From Promethearchaeia archaeon (GTDB lineage Archaea > Asgardarchaeota > Lokiarchaeia > Sigyniarchaeales > SOKP01): a DNA stretch of 64,000 nucleotides. Positions 1 through 9,932 of this stretch are shown piece by piece. The stretch lies in NCBI GenBank assembly GCA_046483985.1, contig JAWOCD010000075.1:32001-96000 (forward strand), in the 5' to 3' direction. The notes under the pieces are model-generated. The model worked only from the letters and a program-made list of their open reading frames with translations, searched no databases and was not told the origin of the DNA. The position numbers and the translations under genes were made by a program. How positions within the stretch are numbered: position 1 is the stretch's first letter; every line of letters starts with the position of its first letter.

Positions 1-626
1 GAAATCTCTCCTTTTCCTAATTCCATTAGTTTTTGAACCATCCGTCGGATTTGTTGTCTTAAAAACCCTTGACTAATAATATCAATTATGATATAATCGT
101 TAATAACTTGGTAATTGATGTTATCTATATCTCGAACACTTGTGGAACTTTCTGGATCCCGTTTTGAAAAGTTCTGAAAATCATGACGACCTTTAAAGTC
201 GATTAAACCCTTTCTCATTAAGTCCACATCAAATGAAAATTCCTTTTTGAGAAAGGAAAGGGGAAATGGAAAGATATATTTATACTGGCGACTTTTCGCA
301 TTGAACCGAGAAGAAAAATCTTTCCGAACCTTTGAATATCCCCATAATCCGATTTCTTTTGGAAGCGCCGAGTTGATTTCCATTAATATCAACTTTTTAT
401 CTGTTAAAAAAGAAAAAGCAGATCCCCGAGCTGATACATATCTGTCCGTTCGACTTGCCACTTCGAAACCAGAATCTTCCCCATTTTTTATATATTTTCT
501 TTTTATCAACGCTTTTAAAATCTGCTCCTCAATCGTGAGAAATTCCTTTTGCCTCTGGGAGCCATAATATTTTTTCAATCCGATATAATAGAATTTAATC
601 AAATATCTCGACTTTTCTCTATTCAT
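1..626 (-). CDS. truA: tRNA pseudouridine(38-40) synthase TruA, 3' end outside the window
   Basis: Not in the ORF track. Manual minus-strand translation from ATG at 626 gives MNREKSRYLIKFYYIGLKKYYGSQRQ...ASRTDRYVSARG...SRFNAKSRQYKY, with the TruA RTD catalytic motif. Confidence 0.9.
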   Translation of the reverse strand, partial: MNREKSRYLIKFYYIGLKKYYGSQRQKEFLTIEEQILKALIKRKYIKNGEDSGFEVASRTDRYVSARGSAFSFLTDKKLILMEINSALPKEIGLWGYSKVRKDFSSRFNAKSRQYKYIFPFPLSFLKKEFSFDVDLMRKGLIDFKGRHDFQNFSKRDPESSTSVRDIDNINYQVINDYIIIDIISQGFLRQQIRRMVQKLMELGKGEI

Positions 627-797
627 TTTTCAACAACCTTTCGACATTTTAAAATATTTAGAATATTTCTTGATATTTAATACCTTATTCTACGAATGGA
701 TAAATTTTTAATGATAGGTAATTTTTTTTTTATTAAATTCTATTTATTTTGAAAAAGAATTAATTTAAGCTAATCAGAACTTAATGATTGAATAAAT

Positions 798-3700
798 ATG
801 TCACGAATCGGTGAATCATTTAAAAATTTCCGCGATAGAATAAAAGCGGCTGTGAATGTAAAGGCGCGAAATATTCTATTCTTTACCGCTTTATTTTTAA
901 TCGTAATTATTGCAATTTTAATACGGCTTAGTCCTATTTTACAAGGTCCGAAGTTAATTAAAGCTTTCGATCCATGGATCCAATATTATAATGCCGAATA
1001 TTTATCGGAACACTCTCTTTTTGAATATTTTCATTGGCATGATTATAAAAGCTGGTTTCCAAAGGGTATGGATCGTTCAAATCTGAGACCCGGTCTCACT
1101 TTTACAGTAGTGATTATTTATAAACTTCTAAACTTTTTTGGTCTCCCCATAAGTTTGTATAACGTGTGCTATTTTTTTCCAGCGTTTATGGGGGGGATGA
1201 CCGTTTTAGCTGCTTATTTCTTGGGAAAAGAGATTTTGGACAGGAAGATGGGTTTATTTGCCGCGTTTTTCTTGGCCTTTAATACGGGTCATATGCAGAG
1301 AACAATGGCTGGTTTCTTTGATAATGAGACAATCGGAGTTTTTGCAGTTCTAATGACTCTTGTTTTCTTCTTAAAGACGATCAAAACCGGAAGAACCTTT
1401 TACTCTCTAATTGGCGGAATCTTTTTGGGTTATCTTACATTAAGTTGGGGGGGATTAACCTTTGGTCTCTATATAATCCCTTTAGTATGCGGAGTCTTGG
1501 TTTTACTAAATAAATATGATGAGAATGTACTTACTGCCTATGCAGGAGTTGAGGGAGTGGGTTTACTAATTTACTCGTTGTTTACTCGCTTTAATGTCAA
1601 TGAATTATTTAGCAGTTTAAAAGTCGGAGGAGTTTTTGCATTCACAATCGTCTTAACGGTGTATCATCTGATTTACCAAAGACGACGAAAATATCCCAAT
1701 TTCTACAGAAATTTGCTAAATACTATAAAATATGCAATTATTCCGGGCTCAATAATAATTGCGGTAGTGGTATGGATAGATCCCGATTTAATTCCTCTTG
1801 CGGGAGGCAGATTGGATAGTATTTTAAGTCCTTTTATGAGAGATCAGATGCATATTGTCGCTTCAGTTGCCGAACATATGCCGAGTTCGTGGTCTAATTT
1901 CTATTATAATACACTAATACCCTTATTGGTGGCTCCCTTAGGCATATTTTTTTGCTTTAAGAGGTTGAATGCTTCGGATATCACACTAATGGCGTTTTTT
2001 CTAACTTTATTCTATTTTACGAGCAGCATGGTTAGAATTGTTTTATTATTTGCTCCTGCGGTCGCTTTAGTTGCCGCGTACGGATTGGTAAACATTTTGA
2101 AAATCTTCGGAAGTTTTTTAAAAGAAAAGAGCCATGGAATCAGTAGGAAGAGAAAACGACAATTAAAACAAACTGTTGGCAAATCTGAAGTATATGGGGT
2201 CTACATTTTGATTGGATTCTTATGTATTGCGCAAGTTTCCCATGCCACCGAGATATCAATAAACCAGCTTTCTCATTCGCAAATCGTGGCTGGAGGACAA
2301 TTTCACGACTGGGAGGATTCGCTGACGTGGATGAAGAGTAATTTAGCGGGAACGGATGTGGTAGCAAGTTGGTGGGACTACGGATATTGGCTGACTCCCA
2401 TCGGGAACGTCACAACAATAAATGATAATGGAACTTGGAACTCAACTCAAATCGGGCTAACGGGTATGTCGTTAATGCAGACAAATGAGATTAATAGTGC
2501 AAAAATATTAAAAAGATTACAAGCAGAGTATGTTCTAGTCTATTTTGGGTTTCTTATTAATGGCTTAGGAGGAGATGAAGGCAAATGGCCCTGGATGTTG
2601 CGTATTTGTAATGATCACTACAATAAATATAAAGAATGGGGACTAGAAGAGGACAACTGGAAAGAAGATCAAGTGTTCGACGAAAGTGAATATATTAACA
2701 ATACAAGCGGGCAATACGAAGATAAGTGGTTTGAATCTCAGTTAGTGAAACTAATGTTTTATGGGGAACCAACAAATGTGCAATCAATTACTGATCCCAA
2801 TGCGAATTACTTGAAATATCATTACGCTTCGCAAATTGGTGGCGATCAACAACGAGGTGTCGAACCGCGGAAGGATGATAATGGAAATACTTGGGAATCT
2901 CATATCCCTGAGAATGGAGAGTATGATTTAAAAGTATTTCAACCCACCTATTTCTCGTCAAATGGAATGGTCAAGATCTACAAAGTTGACTATACTGCCT
3001 TGGATTCGAGCTTTAGCATAGAGGAACCACAAGTCTACAATGATGGTCATGGTACTTTAAGATTAGAAAACACGGGTAAAAAAGATTTAGAAATTAAAGA
3101 AGTGGAAATTAATCAAGAACCCTATAATTTTAGCCTAAGTCAACCCGGTGATTCGACAACTCTTGAGCAAGATGGAAAAGAAATAGTCTGGATAGAACCC
3201 TCAGAGACAACAAGCTTTAATAAAGATGATACGGTCAATGTAACCGTTACAGCTGAAGCTGATGCACTCGGCGAAGAAACTTACACTTTCGATACTTCGA
3301 CGAGTAATCTATTTGTAAAGGAATCAGAACCAAGCGACCTTCGGATTAATAGAAATAACAGCAATGTGGTGCAAAATATGGACCAAAACAACGATCCAAC
3401 CGATTCTGAGATATATCTAGAGGTCGAAAATACAGGCGATTCCATAACTAACTTGGATGAATTTTACTCCGTAGATTTAGGAGAAAGTTTTACTGATGTC
3501 ACTTATTTACAAGGATCCTCAATTCTTGCACCAGGAGAGAAGGCATACGTGAAAATAACAAAATCTCCACCTTTTTATCCATTGGGAATTTCTAACCATA
3601 TAGTAGGAGTCGAAGCATTTACCGGAGAAAAAGACGAAACATATTTCTCAGGAAATATGGAAGATTACAAATTGTCAATCTTAAGTGAAGAAAGAATCAC

Positions 3701-4730
3701 CTCGCCAGAGGCAAAAATATTTGGAGATTCGGCAACAAGAGACCACATACCGGTTGATCTCAATGGAACGGTAGGCTATATAGACGATAATGGGACTATT
3801 GATATGAACATTCATACTCAAAATACTGGGGATTTACCTTTTGGTCTTCATTCAGTAAATCTAACAGAGCAATCTACAGATACACAATATGGTACCCTTG
3901 AGCCCGATGAGTACCTAGAGGTGGGCGATAATAAAACAACTCAATTGCAAACATCTGAATTCGACTTGGCGGTAAATGACGAGATCTTTACTTCAATTAC
4001 CGGTAATTTCGAAGGAGAGACTAAAGCTTCCGATATTGGAAAGATACATTTAATTAAAAGAGCTCCCGATCTGACGATGCTCGAAGATGTAAATGATGAT
4101 CTCTCTTCATATATCTTAGCTGATGAAAGCGGAGAGTTATTGATTAAAAATACTGGAAATGAAACCATTACCTTGGATAATATTTCAATTACGGTAAATG
4201 ACACAACCCAAGAATTGTCAATAGAAGATGACATTTCATTTGAGTACGGGGATAAAGAATTGGGCATTCAAGAGTGTGCAATTACCTCATTTGATGACCT
4301 TGATTTGAATATCAATGAATCTACCCCGGTAGATATTAACATCACCACCACAGAATCTCTCTCTAAGGAATATACACTGAATGCCACTGTTAATCTTCCC
4401 GATACGTATAATTATGGGATTGAGATCAATAAGGAAAGCAGTGCTCAAGCTGATGATGATTTAAACCTTCTGGTTGATAATATATTTAAAAATGTAACGG
4501 TTGACTCTGTCTATGTGAATGATACCTACATTCCTTTGAACAACTTTACGAAGGATGGAGACTCTTTTGAAATTGAATCGGACGGACAAATTGAATTGGG
4601 TATGAAAATGAGCGAACTTGAAACGTTCTTAGATGTTTCTCAAATCGAAAATGGGGATAAGTTGGACATTTTGGTAAGAACCAAAGAAGGCGCTGAAGAT
4701 CAAAAAGATATAGATGTAACTAGTAGCTGA
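798..4730 (+). CDS. aglB: Oligosaccharyltransferase AglB/STT3 with a long acidic C-terminal extension
   Basis: AFDPW, GFFDNE, SVAEH, WWDYG, DNGT and DEGKWPWM motifs; multi-pass TM N-terminal half. Confidence 0.95.
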   Translation: MSRIGESFKNFRDRIKAAVNVKARNILFFTALFLIVIIAILIRLSPILQGPKLIKAFDPWIQYYNAEYLSEHSLFEYFHWHDYKSWFPKGMDRSNLRPGLTFTVVIIYKLLNFFGLPISLYNVCYFFPAFMGGMTVLAAYFLGKEILDRKMGLFAAFFLAFNTGHMQRTMAGFFDNETIGVFAVLMTLVFFLKTIKTGRTFYSLIGGIFLGYLTLSWGGLTFGLYIIPLVCGVLVLLNKYDENVLTAYAGVEGVGLLIYSLFTRFNVNELFSSLKVGGVFAFTIVLTVYHLIYQRRRKYPNFYRNLLNTIKYAIIPGSIIIAVVVWIDPDLIPLAGGRLDSILSPFMRDQMHIVASVAEHMPSSWSNFYYNTLIPLLVAPLGIFFCFKRLNASDITLMAFFLTLFYFTSSMVRIVLLFAPAVALVAAYGLVNILKIFGSFLKEKSHGISRKRKRQLKQTVGKSEVYGVYILIGFLCIAQVSHATEISINQLSHSQIVAGGQFHDWEDSLTWMKSNLAGTDVVASWWDYGYWLTPIGNVTTINDNGTWNSTQIGLTGMSLMQTNEINSAKILKRLQAEYVLVYFGFLINGLGGDEGKWPWMLRICNDHYNKYKEWGLEEDNWKEDQVFDESEYINNTSGQYEDKWFESQLVKLMFYGEPTNVQSITDPNANYLKYHYASQIGGDQQRGVEPRKDDNGNTWESHIPENGEYDLKVFQPTYFSSNGMVKIYKVDYTALDSSFSIEEPQVYNDGHGTLRLENTGKKDLEIKEVEINQEPYNFSLSQPGDSTTLEQDGKEIVWIEPSETTSFNKDDTVNVTVTAEADALGEETYTFDTSTSNLFVKESEPSDLRINRNNSNVVQNMDQNNDPTDSEIYLEVENTGDSITNLDEFYSVDLGESFTDVTYLQGSSILAPGEKAYVKITKSPPFYPLGISNHIVGVEAFTGEKDETYFSGNMEDYKLSILSEERITSPEAKIFGDSATRDHIPVDLNGTVGYIDDNGTIDMNIHTQNTGDLPFGLHSVNLTEQSTDTQYGTLEPDEYLEVGDNKTTQLQTSEFDLAVNDEIFTSITGNFEGETKASDIGKIHLIKRAPDLTMLEDVNDDLSSYILADESGELLIKNTGNETITLDNISITVNDTTQELSIEDDISFEYGDKELGIQECAITSFDDLDLNINESTPVDINITTTESLSKEYTLNATVNLPDTYNYGIEINKESSAQADDDLNLLVDNIFKNVTVDSVYVNDTYIPLNNFTKDGDSFEIESDGQIELGMKMSELETFLDVSQIENGDKLDILVRTKEGAEDQKDIDVTSS

Positions 4731-4915
4731 AAATAAAAAATATTACCTTATTATTTTATTTATTCTTCTCTTAGAGTTTAGTTTTAGAAAATTATTTTGA
4801 GATTTAATTTTTATAAGCATAAAAATCTTAAAATATTACATATTCTCTATTTCAACAGATATTTTAATATTTTAATTACTTCTCGGATAAAGAGTGAACC
4901 ATTATTTAATTATCT

Positions 4916-6898
4916 ATGTGTGCTCATTTTAATCTAAAATCAGACTATACTCCTAAAGGGGATCAACCAAAAGCGATTAAAACATTAGCAAAAAATATTA
5001 AGAATGGGAAAAGGTTTCAGACGCTTTTGGGAGCAACTGGCACAGGCAAAACTTTTACTATAGCTAATATCATTCAAAAGGTGAAAAAGCCCACCCTAGT
5101 GATGGCACCCAATAAGACTTTAGCGGCACAGTTATATAATGAGCTAAAAGAGCTGTTTCCGGATAACGCCGTGCATTATTTTGTCTCTTATTACGATTAT
5201 TATCAACCGGAGGCATATCTTCCCACGACTGGATTATATATTGAAAAGGATTTTAGTATAAATGAGGAGATTGAGAGATTACGCCTAGCAGCAGCCCATG
5301 CAGTGAAGACTCGGAAAGATGTTATTATTGTAGCAACGGTCTCTTGTCTCTACGGGTTAGGAAATCCAGAAGAATGGGTTAAAGTTTCTTTGAGTCTTGA
5401 AGTGGGGCAAAGAATTAACAGGTCGGAGATAATTACGCGGCTAATTAAGATGAATTATGAGCGGAGCAGCTATGAATTTAAACCAGGAATTGTGCGGGTA
5501 AGAGGAGATATCGTTGATATATTCCCCGCTTATTTAGAAACCGCAATTCGGATTTCTTTATTTGGGGATGAGATTGAATCGATACAAGAAATCCATCCCA
5601 TTTCAAATCAGAAGATCAAGGATATGCCTAATTGTCGTATCTTTCCGGCGACTCATTTTATCATTCCCGAAGAAAATAAAAAAAAAGCGCTCGAATCAAT
5701 TGAGCAAGAGCTAAAAATGCAAATACAAAAGTTTAAGGAGGAGGGAAAACTCGTTGAGGCTCAGAGAATCGAACGTAGAGTAAAATTTGATTTAGAAATG
5801 ATGCGAGAAATGGGGTATTGCAAAGGAGTTGAGAACTATTCAAGACATTTAGACAGAAGGGAACCAGGTACACCTCCCATGACATTAATAGATTATTTTC
5901 CCAAGGATTTTTTAATGGTTGTGGATGAGTCCCACATTAGTATCCCTCAGATCCATGGCATGATAGGGGGAGATAAAGCAAGAAAAAAAAATTTAGTCGA
6001 ACACGGCTGGAGATTGCCTAGTGCCTTTGATAATAGACCCTTAACCTTTGAAGAGTGGGAAAAAAAAATTGAATATGTAATCTTTATGAGCGCAACGCCT
6101 GGCCCGTACGAAATTAAGAAAAGTGGTGGCGTTTCTGTCGAGCAAATTATACGTCCAACAGGATTGGTGGATCCAAAAGTAGAAGTACGGCCTGTAGAAA
6201 ATCAAATTGATGACCTATTAGAGGAGATACGAAAAGTTATTGAAAACAACGGGAGGATCCTCATCACGACATTAACCAAGCGTATGGCCGAAGATATTGC
6301 AGAATATTACTCTGAATTGGGAATTAATATTGAATATCTTCATTCTGAAATAGATACCGTAGAGCGTTTTGAGATACTAAGAAAACTCAGAGATGGAACC
6401 TATGATGCAGTTGTGGGTATAAATCTCTTAAGAGAAGGATTGGATCTCCCAGAGGTGCAGTTAGTTGCAATCTTAGACGCAGACAAATTGGGATTTCTGA
6501 GAGATACACGCTCATTAATCCAAACAATTGGAAGGGCTTCGAGAAATGTGGACGGAAGAGCAATATTATACGGTGATAATATAACAACAGCAATGAAAAA
6601 TGCAATTGAAGAAACGAATCGACGTCGCAGAAAACAGATTAGTTTTAATAAAAGGCATAATATTACTCCACAGACTATAAAAAAGAACATTTTAAAATCA
6701 CTATCCGAAGAGAAAGAACTTCAAGAGAAACATTCTAAGAAATTAAAAAAGAATGTGAATGAAAAGCTTGAAGAAATAGAAGATAAGGAAGTCACAGCTC
6801 AATATTTAGAGGAAAAAATGTATAAAGCAGCCGAGGAGTTACGATTTGAAGACGCAGCCTATCTTAGAGATAAAATCCAGGAAATCAAGGGAAAATGA
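4916..6898 (+). CDS. uvrB: Excinuclease ABC subunit B
   Basis: GATGTGKT Walker A, YYDYYQPEAY beta-hairpin, DESH, C-terminal UVR domain. Confidence 0.98.
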   Translation: MCAHFNLKSDYTPKGDQPKAIKTLAKNIKNGKRFQTLLGATGTGKTFTIANIIQKVKKPTLVMAPNKTLAAQLYNELKELFPDNAVHYFVSYYDYYQPEAYLPTTGLYIEKDFSINEEIERLRLAAAHAVKTRKDVIIVATVSCLYGLGNPEEWVKVSLSLEVGQRINRSEIITRLIKMNYERSSYEFKPGIVRVRGDIVDIFPAYLETAIRISLFGDEIESIQEIHPISNQKIKDMPNCRIFPATHFIIPEENKKKALESIEQELKMQIQKFKEEGKLVEAQRIERRVKFDLEMMREMGYCKGVENYSRHLDRREPGTPPMTLIDYFPKDFLMVVDESHISIPQIHGMIGGDKARKKNLVEHGWRLPSAFDNRPLTFEEWEKKIEYVIFMSATPGPYEIKKSGGVSVEQIIRPTGLVDPKVEVRPVENQIDDLLEEIRKVIENNGRILITTLTKRMAEDIAEYYSELGINIEYLHSEIDTVERFEILRKLRDGTYDAVVGINLLREGLDLPEVQLVAILDADKLGFLRDTRSLIQTIGRASRNVDGRAILYGDNITTAMKNAIEETNRRRRKQISFNKRHNITPQTIKKNILKSLSEEKELQEKHSKKLKKNVNEKLEEIEDKEVTAQYLEEKMYKAAEELRFEDAAYLRDKIQEIKGK

Positions 6899-6953
6899 TA
6901 GAATTTTTTTATGAAATTTATCTATGCAATGACCATTAAAGGAGTGAGATATC

Positions 6954-9833
6954 ATGACTGAAAATTCCATAATAATTAGAGGAGCTCGACAAAACAATCT
7001 AAAAAATATCGATGTTCATATTCCCAGAAATAAATTAATTATCATTACGGGTGTTAGCGGCAGTGGAAAATCTAGCTTAGCTATGGAGACCTTATACGCG
7101 GAGGGACAACGAAGATTCTTAGAATCCCTCTCAAGTTATGCTAGGCAATTTTTGGGGGAGATGGATAAGCCAGATGTGGATTCAATTGAAGGATTATCTC
7201 CTTCTATTGCAATTGAGCAAAAACCGCTCTCAAAAAATCCGCGTAGTACAGTTGGAACAATAACAGAGATATATGATTACTATCGTCTTCTCTTTGCTAA
7301 TATTGGAACGCCTCACTGCCCCCAGTGTGGGAAGGAGATTAAACCACAAACGTCACAACAAATAATTAACCAAATTAGAAAAAGGTTGAAGGAAGAGCAG
7401 AAATTTATTATTAAGGCTCCAGTTATTCGCGACAGAAAGGGGGAATATCGAGAATTGCTCCAAGATCTTAAGAAAAAGGGCTATTTCCGGGTGGAAGTTG
7501 ACGGAATTCAATATACCTTGGATGAAGAAATCTCCATGGATAAAAACGTGAAACATACCATAAACGTAATAATTGATCGACTGATAAACAGAGACGATAT
7601 CAAGACACGATTAGCCGATTCCATTGAGACCTCCTTGCATCTCGCAGAGGGATTAGTAATAGTAGAATTTTTTGAGGAAGAGGGAAAAAATGAGGAAACT
7701 TTTTCCGAACATTATGCTTGTGTGGAGTGTGGGATTTCCATTCCGCAATTAAATCATAAGATGTTTTCCTTTAATATCCCTCATGGAAGTTGTAAGTATT
7801 GTAACGGGTTAGGAACTGTTATGGAGTTTGATGCCTCACTGGTCTTAGGAGATAATTATAATGTCCCTCTTCAACAAAGTAAAATCCGTGATATTCCGGG
7901 ATTTGGAACATTGAAAAGTTATTCTTGGCAAGTATTAAATCAAGTTGCTGACCATTATGGCTTTGATACCGAAAACACTCCAATTAAAGAAATTAAAGAA
8001 GAAAAATTAAATAAATTACTCTATGGTACTGGCGAGGAGTTAATTGAAATTGAAATTAAGAGCAAAAAGAAAAATAGAAGATATAAAAATCCCAATAGAA
8101 AGTCAAAATATAATTATGTTCGCCCGTATGAGGGACTTATTCCTAAACTTCATCGAAGATATATGGAAACCAAATCCAACCGTGATAAATATGAAGAATT
8201 TATGGATAAAGTACCGTGTCCCCACTGTACAGGCCAGAGATTAAAACCAGAAAGTAGAGCTGTCACCATAAATGGCATTAACATTGCCGAATTATCTGAT
8301 ATGCCCGTAAAAGATTCGCTTGTATTTTTCGATAATCTGGAGCTCAATGAAAGGAAAAGCGTAATTGTAAAAGAAGTCCTTAAAGAAATAAGGAGTAGAT
8401 TATCATTTTTAGACAATGTTGGATTAGATTATATTGCACTTAGTCGAAGAGCAGGTACGCTTTCAGTGGGTGAGGCTGAGCGAATACGCTTAGCAACTCA
8501 ACTTGGCTCAAGTTTAGTTGGGGTTTTATATGTATTAGACGAGCCCAGTGTGGGATTACATGCCCGGGATATTACTCGACTGGTAAATATGTTGAAAAAA
8601 TTGAGAGATTTAGGAAATACCATCGTAGTTGTAGAACATGATGAGGAGATCATTCGAAATTCTGATCATATTATTGATTTAGGTCCTTTAGCGGGAGATC
8701 ATGGCGGTAGAATTGTAGCGGAGGGTTCAGTTGACGACATTCTTGAACATGCTCAAAATGAATCAGTAACCGCCCAATATTTAAGCGGAAAAAAGAAAAT
8801 ACCCGTTCCGAAAAAAAGGAGAGAAATTACCGAACAGATTATCACGTTAAAGGGCGCAAAGGAGCATAACCTAAAAAATATCGATGTGAAAATTCCGTTG
8901 CATCTTTTTACGTGTGTAACGGGTGTTTCTGGCGCTGGAAAAACGAGTCTTATTATTGATTGTTTGTATAAAGGGTTAAATAACTTGGTAAATACGAGAA
9001 GTAGCAAAATTGATACGGGAGAATTTGATGAAATTATTGGATACGAGGATATCGATAAAGTAATTGAAATCGATCAATCACCTATCGGAAGAACTCCCCG
9101 ATCTGTTCCTGCAACTTATTCGAAGGCATTCGATTATATTCGAAAATATTATGCGCAACTTCCAGAATCTAAAGAAAGAGGATATAAAAAGGGTCGCTTT
9201 TCGTTTAATACCAAGGAAGGCTATTGTAAAAAATGTAAAGGTAAAGGGTATATCCTAAAGGAAATGTATTTTCTTCCTGATGTTTATATAGAGTGCGATT
9301 TATGTAATGGACATCGGTATAATGCTGAAACGCTTGAAATTGAATATAAAGAAAAAAATATCTCCGATGTCTTGAATATGACTTTTGAACAAGCCTTAGA
9401 TTTTTTTAGTAATTTCCCCAATTTAAAAAGAACATTAAAGACGGTGGTTGATGTCGGATTAGGATACCTAGAATTAGGACAGCCATCCCCTACTCTAAGT
9501 GGAGGGGAATCTCAAAGACTTAAAATTGCTCGACAATTAAGAAAAAGGAGCACTGGAAATACATTATATATTCTGGATGAACCTACTACTGGGCTTGCCA
9601 ATTACGATATAAAAATTCTCCTTAAAGTACTCCAACGATTGGTCAAAAAGGGAAACACCGTAATTATTATTGAACATAACATGGAAATTATTAAATCTGC
9701 AGATTATATTATTGATTTAGGTCCAGAAGGAGGCGGGTTGGGAGGAAATGTTGTAGTAACTGGTACTCCCGAAGAGGTAATTAAATGTAAAGACTCTTAT
9801 ACAGGAGAGTATCTGAAAAAACATTTGAAATGA
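6954..9833 (+). CDS. uvrA: Excinuclease ABC subunit A
   Basis: GARQNNLKN, two ABC ATPase modules (GVSGSGKSS, GVSGAGKTS), CxxC zinc fingers, LSGGE signature. Confidence 0.98.
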   Translation: MTENSIIIRGARQNNLKNIDVHIPRNKLIIITGVSGSGKSSLAMETLYAEGQRRFLESLSSYARQFLGEMDKPDVDSIEGLSPSIAIEQKPLSKNPRSTVGTITEIYDYYRLLFANIGTPHCPQCGKEIKPQTSQQIINQIRKRLKEEQKFIIKAPVIRDRKGEYRELLQDLKKKGYFRVEVDGIQYTLDEEISMDKNVKHTINVIIDRLINRDDIKTRLADSIETSLHLAEGLVIVEFFEEEGKNEETFSEHYACVECGISIPQLNHKMFSFNIPHGSCKYCNGLGTVMEFDASLVLGDNYNVPLQQSKIRDIPGFGTLKSYSWQVLNQVADHYGFDTENTPIKEIKEEKLNKLLYGTGEELIEIEIKSKKKNRRYKNPNRKSKYNYVRPYEGLIPKLHRRYMETKSNRDKYEEFMDKVPCPHCTGQRLKPESRAVTINGINIAELSDMPVKDSLVFFDNLELNERKSVIVKEVLKEIRSRLSFLDNVGLDYIALSRRAGTLSVGEAERIRLATQLGSSLVGVLYVLDEPSVGLHARDITRLVNMLKKLRDLGNTIVVVEHDEEIIRNSDHIIDLGPLAGDHGGRIVAEGSVDDILEHAQNESVTAQYLSGKKKIPVPKKRREITEQIITLKGAKEHNLKNIDVKIPLHLFTCVTGVSGAGKTSLIIDCLYKGLNNLVNTRSSKIDTGEFDEIIGYEDIDKVIEIDQSPIGRTPRSVPATYSKAFDYIRKYYAQLPESKERGYKKGRFSFNTKEGYCKKCKGKGYILKEMYFLPDVYIECDLCNGHRYNAETLEIEYKEKNISDVLNMTFEQALDFFSNFPNLKRTLKTVVDVGLGYLELGQPSPTLSGGESQRLKIARQLRKRSTGNTLYILDEPTTGLANYDIKILLKVLQRLVKKGNTVIIIEHNMEIIKSADYIIDLGPEGGGLGGNVVVTGTPEEVIKCKDSYTGEYLKKHLK

Positions 9834-9932
9834 AATAACCCATTTTTATTTTCATAAAATTCTAAATCTTACTTACATTTATTTTAACAAATAGACTAGA
9901 TCTTATAGGAATTTTAATAACGTGAATTGCAT

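Noticed and set aside
247-567. 106-aa plus-strand ORF and the many other short ORFs overlapping long genes
   Set aside because: Antisense or off-frame shadows of well-supported genes (here truA) with no recognisable motifs.
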